A DNA stretch of 63,282 nucleotides, counting the filler, from Octopus bimaculoides (lineage: Eukaryota): the NCBI RefSeq assembly GCF_001194135.2. It is 8 parts of 8 records of this genome, joined end to end, with 100 filler letters (N's around TTAATTAATTAA, not from the genome) between each part and the next. Parts side by side here need not be neighbours in the genome. Positions count along the whole stretch, not along the records: positions 60,821 to 63,282 come from NC_068994.1; 7 more parts are not named here. The stretch is one strand, 5' to 3'. A program made the position numbers and the translations under genes. Numbering within the stretch: position 1 is the first letter of the stretch; the number at the start of each line of letters is the position of its first letter. The notes beneath the pieces are model-generated. The model saw nothing but the letters and a program-made list of their open reading frames with translations. It ran no database searches and was not told the DNA's origin. Shown here in pieces: positions 61,215 through 63,282 of this stretch.

Positions 61215-61760
61215 GAACCCACCCTGCCGTCTACCACCTCTCTTTTCCCCCTCAACTACCACCTCTCTTTTCCCCCTCAACTACCACCCCACTACCCTAC
61301 CTCTCCAACGTACCATTCTCCGAGCTTTCCGGCGCTTCCAGTCCAACCCCTCCACCTCACGCATCTTCCCTAACCGACATCTCTCCGTCTTCAAACGAGC
61401 CCACAACCTATGAGACCTCTTGTTCCCCAGCTTCTTCCCCAACCCAACCTCCCAACCTGGCTCGTTCTCCTGCTCCCGCCCACGCTGCCGCACTTGCCCT
61501 TACCTCTCCAACACCACACTCCTCACCGGCACCCATTATCGACCCTATCGCATCACCGACTCCTTAACCTGCACTTCTACCAATATCATCTATTACATCT
61601 CCTGCTCTCTCTACCATTCTCTGTACATCGGAAAAACGGGACGCCGCTTGGCTGACCGGTTCGCGGAACACCTCCGAGACATCCGCCTTGGCAATGACAC
61701 CCCAGTGTCACGCCATTTCCGCTCTACCGGTCACTCTTTGCAACATCTGTATATCTAGAA
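61215..61760 (+). mobile_element. Penelope-like element, GIY-YIG endonuclease fragment
   Basis: RIFPNRHLSVFKRAHNL, then GSFSCSRPRCRTCP...LTCTSTNIIYYISCSLYHSLYIGKTGRRLADRFAEHLRDI...PVSRHFRSTGH (CxxxRCxxC finger, IY-YIG, RFxEH). Frameshift, stop and a 26-bp tandem duplication. Confidence 0.88.
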
Positions 61761-63109
61761 CAGGCACTAAGCTGCCTAACTAGACTTAATGTCTTTTTTT
61801 TATAAATTNNNNNNNNNNNNNNNNNNNNNNNNNNNNNNNNNNNNNNNNNNNNNNNNNNNNNNNNNNNNNNNNNNNNNNNNNNNNNNNNNNNNNNNNNNNN
61901 NNNNNNNNGCCATATTGTCAAAAACGTAAGTAAAATGATTGTTAAGAATGTAATTAAAATAATAGCAGCATTGCTGAAGATTCGATTCTTATATACTCTG
62001 TTTAAACTCCAATTAAATTCAAAGTGAGTTGTTCGAAGATACGGCTACGTATTTGTGATAATAAGTACAATTGTTTAAAGCGTGACTTTCATTCACAACA
62101 TTTTAATTCTGATTGACTAATTTCTACCAAGACGCGCAGTGATATCAAGGTATTAATATATAAAACATATATTAAAATTGGGACCCATTTTACACTTTAT
62201 TAATATAAGACACTTTGAGAGATGCAGAACAGCNNNNNNNNNNCCATTTTACACTTTATTAATATAAGACACTTTGAGAGATGCAGAACAGCGTTACATT
62301 AACAATCTTGTTTCCATAAAACAATGGCTTAACTAAATTCTATAAAGGAAAAGAAATGCCTTATTGTTTGATACAGACGAATAACATTCATCACATTCTT
62401 GAAATACACACATGCACGTCACATCACATANNNNNNNNNNTCACATTCTTGAAATACACACATGCACGTCACATCACATACACCCATCATGGCATAACAC
62501 ACACAAACACATATACGCAATTTCCATCCCTACATCCTGCTGAACTCCAACTCCGANNNNNNNNNNNNNNNNNNNNNNNNNNNNNNNNNNNNNNNNNNNN
62601 NNNNNNNNNNNNNNNNNNNNNNNNNNNNNNNNNNNNNNNNNNNNNNNNNNNNNNNNNNNNNNNNNNNNNNNNNNNNNNNNNNNNNNNNNNNNNNNNNNNN
62701 NNNNNNNNNNNNNNNNNNNNNNNNNNNNNNNNNNNNNNNNNNNNNNNNNNNNNNNNNNNNNNNNNNNNNCACAAAACTGATATTCAGCCTTGACGATGCT
62801 TACACGTTTTCCATACTCAACCACTTTCACCTCTCTCTCCATCACTAACCATTTGTCATTCTCTTTTCACAGAGTNNNNNNNNNNNNNNNNNNNNNNNNN
62901 NNNNNNNNTTGCCTACACTTTCCGAATTTCTGTCTCTACTCTCGCTTGTTCCTTGAAGATAACCCCTAATTCCTCATCACCGTAATTTCTTTCTTCGTTT
63001 CATTAGGGGTAGCAAAATATCTCTCCTACATCAAAAAACTTGTTCCTGTCCGTTACCATACTTTAACCTGTGAGCATCTGAAAGAAACCACATCCCCCAA
63101 TGCTGTATC

Positions 63110-63282
63110 CCCACCCAAAAAAGAACCCAGTACATTATAAATTGCTTGGCACTAAGCGGGACAACCAATCATAGAATGCATGCCAAAGCAGATACTGGAG
63201 TGCGATGTTGTTTTCAGTCTCGTCATTTTCTGTCAAACGTCAAAACGTGTTAGCATAGAAGTTAATCGATGATGATAATGAT
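63110..63282 (+). mobile_element. Degraded RTE-tailed SINE/LINE end
   Basis: Similar to 50420-50586, ending in (GAT)n. Confidence 0.4.

Noticed and set aside
62200-62480. Two short direct duplications
   Set aside because: Both flank 10-N gaps and are assembly overlaps.

Overview
AT-rich (TA/CA/AAT-microsatellite-laden), gap-rich animal genomic DNA, most likely Octopus. This is an inference from the SINE families and from the TTAATTAATTAA linker embedded in N-gaps. No intact host gene or intact transposon ORF is recognisable; only a few weak candidate exons. The window is mostly decayed mobile elements: a complete but mutated Ty3/Gypsy LTR element (26588-32308, 5-bp TSD ATAGT) whose 3' LTR is split by a non-autonomous Helitron; a near full-length Tx1/L1-clade LINE; several R4/Dong-, CR1-, RTE- and CRE-like LINE fragments; a Penelope GIY-YIG fragment; Tc1 and Merlin transposase remnants; many tRNA-derived SINEs; and four distinct mini/satellite arrays. 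The most notable signal that repeat annotation does not explain is a set of Penelope-type minimal hammerhead-ribozyme motifs with palindromic helix III (best at 58087-58134, second at 6377-6414, a decayed third near 18453). Most ORFs in the supplied track are artefacts of microsatellites or N-runs.
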